DNA of 56,575 nucleotides, the filler included, from Platydemus manokwari (taxonomy: Eukaryota): NCBI GenBank assembly GCA_037951405.1. It is 4 parts of 4 records of this genome, joined end to end, with 100 filler letters (N's around TTAATTAATTAA, not from the genome) between each part and the next. Parts side by side here need not be neighbours in the genome. Positions count along the whole stretch, not along the records: positions 34,872 to 56,575 come from JBBMOY011322538.1; 3 more parts are not named here. One strand, written 5' to 3'. The position numbers and the translations under genes are program-made. The notes beneath the pieces are model-generated. The model had not been told where the DNA came from, did not search any database, and saw only the letters and a list, made by a program, of their open reading frames with translations. Position 1 is the first letter of the stretch, and every line of letters begins with the position of its first letter. Below are positions 50,370-56,575 of this stretch, piece by piece.

Positions 50370-52740
50370 TACACACCAATATACACATAGGGATTGACCA
50401 ATCCTGATAATAGATCATCTTTAATTCAAAAATAGGATTGGAACAATGAAACATCAAATTAATATGTAACACAGGAAAATAGGCACATATAAACATTCGA
50501 CATATACATAATGTCAGTAAAACCAATGAAAATGGAAATTGTTGCGTTTATGTTTATTGAGTAGCAGTGAGTTTTGTAGTAATTACAAATTGTAACATTT
50601 ATTCCTTAATTAAATAATATTAATTCTTAGAAAGAATACAAACATAAATTATTATGTTGTTTCATCTATCAGATTTTAATTATTTTTCACTGAATTTTAT
50701 AAGCTATTCTTATTATCGCAAAATAATTTTTTACCTTAGGATTATTTTCGGAACAATATTTATTAATTATCTGTCTACACAATTTGATTTCATTGAGATA
50801 ACTTTAGGGGTAGAAAACCTTATCAAATTCTCAGATTTTGGTCTGCTTTAAATTAACTTCTAACTGTCATTATGTAAATCAAAACATCGAAATAAATTTT
50901 AAGAGCCTCCGAAAACACCAAAGCAAATCATAGATTCTTGTATGTTCTCCACAGAAAGTCAATTCTTTTACCATTAATCTTTTTGGGAGAGCATCGATAC
51001 TGTCGAAAAGAACAGCTCAATCGACACAGGTAGCATGAAGAAGCTGATATATAAAAGGAACATTCCAAAAAGAAATAGAGTAAAAGTTGGAGAAATCTCA
51101 ATCTGAAATAAGATCAAATTACCAACGGATTTTTTAAAAATTATAAGAAATAGAAAATTAAGCAAAATAAATATTCATAGATAAAGAATAAAAAACTGAA
51201 AATTGCAAGTAAAAGATTAATAAAGAACCTTGAAGTACGGCGGTAGTTCGTAGAAGGATGAGAAAGTTGTTGAATACGACTAGATACATGATGGAATCAC
51301 AAAAGCGATAGTATCATTCAAAAATACCAAAGTAAATTAAGAAATTCAACAGCCTTATTAAATAATTAGTACGATTTGAGTTATCCTGTATCTTTTTTAG
51401 AGAAATTTTTTTAAAATACTCACAAAGAATACATTCATACCCGGCAGTTCTATCTATGAGCACGAAATTCATATTAACATATTAAGATTTCATTAAATTA
51501 AATTTAATTATTCTGATTATAATATTAATTATAATTTCATTAAAAATTCTATTTCTAAATTTTTCTATGTTAAAAGTTAAAATTTTGGTGAAGTGAAAAA
51601 TAAATTTAAACTTAATATTTATATAACTCATTACTAGTTATGAATTGTTTAAATGTATCATTTTTAGTTTCACAATAATTTGAAATATTTAAATACGGTT
51701 TTCAGCATAAATATTCTGTACCTGATTGCTTTTAACAAAAATATGAATAAGATCGATTCACCACCAGCTCAGCATCAACGACCACAGTCATCAACAAATG
51801 TAAGATTGCTTGTTTCCAATTCGATTAATAACGACATTAAACAAATCAGATGTCTGATTTACACATTTTTGTTGTTCCAACTGAATTGTGGGAAGAACAG
51901 CAAAACTATGCTTTGAACCACATTATCCTTGAAACAATTTCAGCTGGATTTATCAGGTTAAACAATATTAGATTAATTTTTTCAATATGAATTATAAATT
52001 ATTTAATTTTATATCATTTCAACTTTCTGATATTTTTGGGTAAAAATTTCTGAGGAAAATTTCAATTTTAATAAATTAAAATTGGTTTGAAAAATAAGTT
52101 TCAACTAGTAATATAATTTTTATAATTTTTTCCTCATTATTTATTATAATAAAATATTTTGTTGTAATTCTTCAATAAATCTACACATGTGACAAGACTA
52201 AGCGAATGAAATAAATAAATGAATGAAACAAAGAAAAAAAATGTAAAAAACAGATAAAGAGTGAGATTGATAAAGAAAAAACAGAAAGGCAAAAATAAAA
52301 AAAATAAAAAAATGAATAAAAAGAATAATATCGAATTGTGAAGGACAGCTTTGAAATGTTGAGAAGTAATTATTCTTCATTTGAATTAACTGCCATTGCA
52401 TAGTTTTATAAGAAAACATCTTAATTGTTGACACCAACTTTCCAAGCGTGACATATAACCATGATTGGCTTCATTAAAGGAGTCAATAAAAGCCAAATCA
52501 ATGTTCTGCATTATGATTATGGTAACAAAACACGTTGACAATAAATCTAGAGCTGAAAGCAAATAATGTTTGATATGAATGCCACCACGAACATTTATAT
52601 TGCAATGAAACAATTTAATAAAATGGTGTTCACTATCAAAAAAATTTTATCACAAAATATATAAAAAATATCGAATAATAAATGAACAAAAGTCCAAATA
52701 TTGATCCTGCAGAGATAAAAACTCCAGAAACAGTCCTGGA
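50370..52740 (-). pseudogene. Decayed rhodopsin-class (7TM) GPCR, interleaved antisense with SPATA1-like exons 1-2
   Basis: Segments occur in TM order: SAGSIFGLL/VNTILL (TM1), HYLLSALDLLSTCF (TM2), WCQ (TM3 start), IPSCI*SYS...LPPYF (TM4, TAG at the Trp position), LYISFFMLPVSI (TM5, joined by an in-phase intron 51228-51103), MFICAYFPVL (TM6) and LSGLVNPYVY (TM7 NPxxY). Stops and frameshifts lie between them. Confidence 0.5.
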
Positions 52741-55709
52741 AATTTTAGATAAAATTTCTTTTCTGTATGATTTGGTTTTTAGTGGAAAAATAAATTTCAT
52801 ACCTGACTACCTATTGTTATTCAATGTTGTCCAATACTAGTTGACGTCTCTGTGCTTATTTAAGCGAAAAGTTTAGATTGTTACTGTTTAGTATTATATT
52901 CCGTAAAACAGAGATAATTCAAGGTGATTATGTTATTATTACGAAAACATGTTTTAAATTCTAGTTAACCATTAGCTGTTTAGTTTATGGAATGTTCCAA
53001 TGATTAGCTTTGTGGTAATAATTTTATTAACTATTAATTTGTAACTATAGAGGAGATTGATTGATTAATGAGATTTTTAATGAGATTTACGAGAATTAAA
53101 AAAAATTGATATAAATATCTATCGATTCGATCGTTAATGAAAGAAATAAGTCAATTCCGTCATTAATCCTACCTCGAAAAGTAAGAAGAAAATGTTTTCA
53201 TACGATTACTATTGAATGATATAGGTTAAACAGTACTTGTTTGGTATTAAGCTGGCCATTTAGGAATGGCGAAGCCGCAAAGATCACTCCTTCATGTTAT
53301 AAAAATAAATTGTAGAACATATTTCGAAATCAAAATAGGAATTTTAGATCTTGTGTATCCATCGAATTACTCCATAAGCATTTAATTATTCAGAATCTAA
53401 CCAATAAATCGAAGTCGTAGTAGGCCAAATTCAATTTAACTGTGGAACAAGTATAAGTAGAAAATGTTGTATTTGAAATAAATATAATAACCCAAAATTA
53501 AAAAAAATGTTACTTTAAAATTATTAATGACAGTCAATGTAAGGGAAAATTGTCTTTAATAATATTTAAATCTCTCTCATTAGCAAACTATTTTTAAATT
53601 GATTTAAATTTTTTTAAAATAAATGAAACCTATTTAAATAAAAATTAAATTTAGTCAATTGAATAGTCGGCTAACAATAAAAAATGAGGTCCTAAAATGA
53701 ATTTTTAAATTTGTTGAATGTATTACAAAAATCTATATAGTTTATTTAATTATATTCTTTAAAAACACTTTGAGTTTTTGATTAAAACATTTAAGAAGAA
53801 TTTTAGTTGTTTGAAATCAAATATTAAATACAGTAGGGCTACAAAATATCCTAAAATTTGATTATTTAAAAATGAGTAAAGTAGGTCGAATTGCAATTTA
53901 TTGAAAATTAGCGAGTACCACTTGTTTTTAACATTAAAGGCAAATTGAGAGATAGTCTAAATTTTTTCCAATTATTTTATAACAATAACCAATGATATTA
54001 GATTATTAAACATGTCAGTAGTAAGCTATCTCGATTTATTATTAAAAATAAATTTAAATTTAAAAACTCAAAAAATCATATAAGAGTTATGATTAGGATA
54101 GGAACTTGGTTTACAATTCAACATCATAAAATGTGAAATATCAACAAATAAATCAGCTTTTAATAAAAATAATCAAAAATCAAACAAAATATTAAAAAAA
54201 TATTGGTATATAAATTTCGTAATTTCTTGATGTCTTCTTTTTATTTCAAAATCGAGATGTGACAACCATAAAGGAAAACATTTTAAAATAAATATAAAAA
54301 TTAAATTATTACTTTATATTTGAAACATTAAATTGTGATTGGTTTTCTGATAGAATTTCGCTGTTTTTATTCCTTTTCATCTAAAATTGAATTCCAAATC
54401 AAAATATGATAAAAATATCATTATAAATAAAGTTCGAATAATAAAATTCATTGCTTTAAAATTAGGCCAAAGATTTCTTTACTTGATTTCAACCGAAAAA
54501 TTTTTGGATTATATTTTAAATTTTAAGTGAAAGTCAAGACTAATTCAATAAAAAAATAATAATAATTAATGTCCTTATGATTTAAATTTACATTCACTGT
54601 CAGTAATAATTTCAAGATAATTTTTAATTAATTACTTAATTAGTTAATTAAATAAATTTATCCAATTCTATTAATTAAAAATATAAAATGAATTTCATTT
54701 GTATTCGTTGTCCTGCCGTTGAAATGAATTTTAACCAACATTTAGACTTACAAATACTGGGTATCATTAATTTCGAGACCATCGAGAATTGAACAACTAA
54801 ATGCTAGACTCTTTCACTAGATGTTGATCAATAACCGATGGTTTAGAACTTGATTGTCGAATATTGAGCGACCAGATACATTATATTAAATGAAAAAAAC
54901 TTGCTTTGTTTAACACGGTTGTTTTCAGAACAACCATCATCAGAATTTCAAATAATTTGAACACAGATTTAAAGCAAATTAAATCTTGACCTCTTGAAAA
55001 TTGATGGTGGATATGAACCGATTAAAATTATGTCAAAATAGTTATAAAACTCCAAATAATTAGAGACTAGATTTAAGTAGAGGTCAATGATGAGCTTACC
55101 AGTTTTTGCAAATTGGCATCAGATTTCATTCAAATGTTATCATTAAGTTATGAATGAAAGTAAAATTGTCGAGTACAAACTTATTCAATTTGTCTTGTTA
55201 ATAATAAGCAATGTTCTCTATGATTGACTGAAATGCTTTGAAAATCTTCAAAAAGCCACAACAATTTCTTACTTTTATAAAAAATCTTTAATATATACGT
55301 ACACTTTCGTCGTTTGACGTCATTGCATGGTTGACGCACATTAATGAATTTGAATGTTTATATAAGATTTTATTGTCAGGCAACGAATGGGATTTTCAAA
55401 AATTCAATAAATTTCTGCAGATTTTACTCGGGGACTATCGGTGTGGACCACTCTATATAATCGTCATTATATATATATATAAATTGATTTTTACAATAAA
55501 TTAAGTATTTAAAACCTTAATAATTATTGATTAACGATATTATTATAATTAATATTATTTATGAAAAGAGATCCAATTTTATTTTTTTCAGAGTCAATGT
55601 TGAAACAACACTTTCTAATCTACGTACAGAGATTGACCAACAGATCGGTTATGAGATCATACCGAAAGATTATTTATTCTGTAAAAGTGTCGGCAGATGT
55701 TTGGCACAA
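51743..55709 (+). CDS. SPATA1: SPATA1-like protein, 5' part. Exons 51743-51799, 51850-51956, 55592-55709; it probably continues beyond the window
   Basis: The spliced product is MNKIDSPPAQHQRPQSSTN|MSDLHIFVVPTELWEEQQNYALNHIILETISAGFIR|VNVETTLSNLRTEIDQQIGYEIIPKDYLFCKSVGRCLAQ, matching the SPATA1 N-terminus (RPSSSELVELHVF.VP..W...ISAGFLRV...TL..LR). Intron phases are consistent. Confidence 0.85.
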
Positions 55710-56575
55710 GTTGATTTAATTATATTTTACTGTTTATATCATCATTGAATTAAATGGGATACAAATATGAAACAAATACATTATTATTATCATTAAAATA
55801 ATCAATAGCAAACCAATAATAAACGTGAAATAATAATAAAATATTATTACCATTATAATAACAAAAAAACCCAATAAAAGAATTGCCTAATTTTATGAGG
55901 TAATAATAAAATTGTTTTGCTGATATAATAATGATGCTGTCGGATATTGGTTATAAAATATTGGTAAAACACTAGCCAATGTTAATAATCGCAATTGCTA
56001 AGGACACTTAATAAACAGGGTATATCAGAAGTTAGGAGGCAGTGACCCATAAATTATTCATTCATGGTAGTCATTGGATAGACAGACGGGGAGGACTCGA
56101 GTGACCCCGAGGATCCCACAACCTTACTCCGACAGACTTCTTCCACTGGAAGTTATAAAAGACTAACCAGGTTCATCGGAAGAATTGAAAGAAAGAATAA
56201 GCAACGCTTTTCATTTAATTACTCTGGAGCTTTGTTACAAAGTGTATTCATCGATGAAGAACAGAGTTTTGAAGTGTATCGAAGTAAATTGTGGTCAATT
56301 TGAGTATTTTTAAATAAAAGTATCGCTTTTAATCCATTACTTTGTTGCGCATAGGTAAAATAACTTAAATAAACGGAACAGATATTTAAGCCAAATTTTT
56401 GGTATAGCCCCCTAACTTCTGGTTCACCATGTATTTTGATTCTGTATTTTATAAATACTTTAAGTTATGTTTATGTTTAATAATAATTATAATAAAATAA
56501 TAATTAAATCAATTAATTATAATTTATTGATAAATAAATGATGTTGATTAAGAATTTATGAAAATTATTATCATA

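Overview
This is AT-rich animal nuclear DNA with many short (about 45-55 nt) GT-AG introns. A triclad flatworm origin is plausible but is an inference only. The window is split by four assembly gaps, three of which carry an artificial TTAATTAATTAA linker. Host genes reconstructed by manual splicing are an R4-like RGS protein (-), an innexin (-), a five-LIM PINCH/LIMS protein (+), TMEM186 (+), and the 5' exons of a SPATA1-like gene (+). There is also a two-exon, 67-aa secreted Cys-rich peptide (+) that the ORF track misses; it lies tail-to-tail with the innexin. Decayed rhodopsin-class GPCR segments are interleaved antisense with the SPATA1-like gene. Positions 25.5-36 kb are a nest of decayed mobile elements: a hAT/Buster end, a solo-LTR-like repeat, a Ty3/Gypsy pol, a second LTR element with a decayed signal-peptide/TM glycoprotein, and mariner ends. 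The most unusual feature is the Gypsy element. A chuvirus/gB-type glycoprotein C-half runs directly into the protease, with no recognisable gag or LTR between them, and a second glycoprotein-like N-terminus follows the integrase. All homology calls come from motif recognition by eye, not from database searches.
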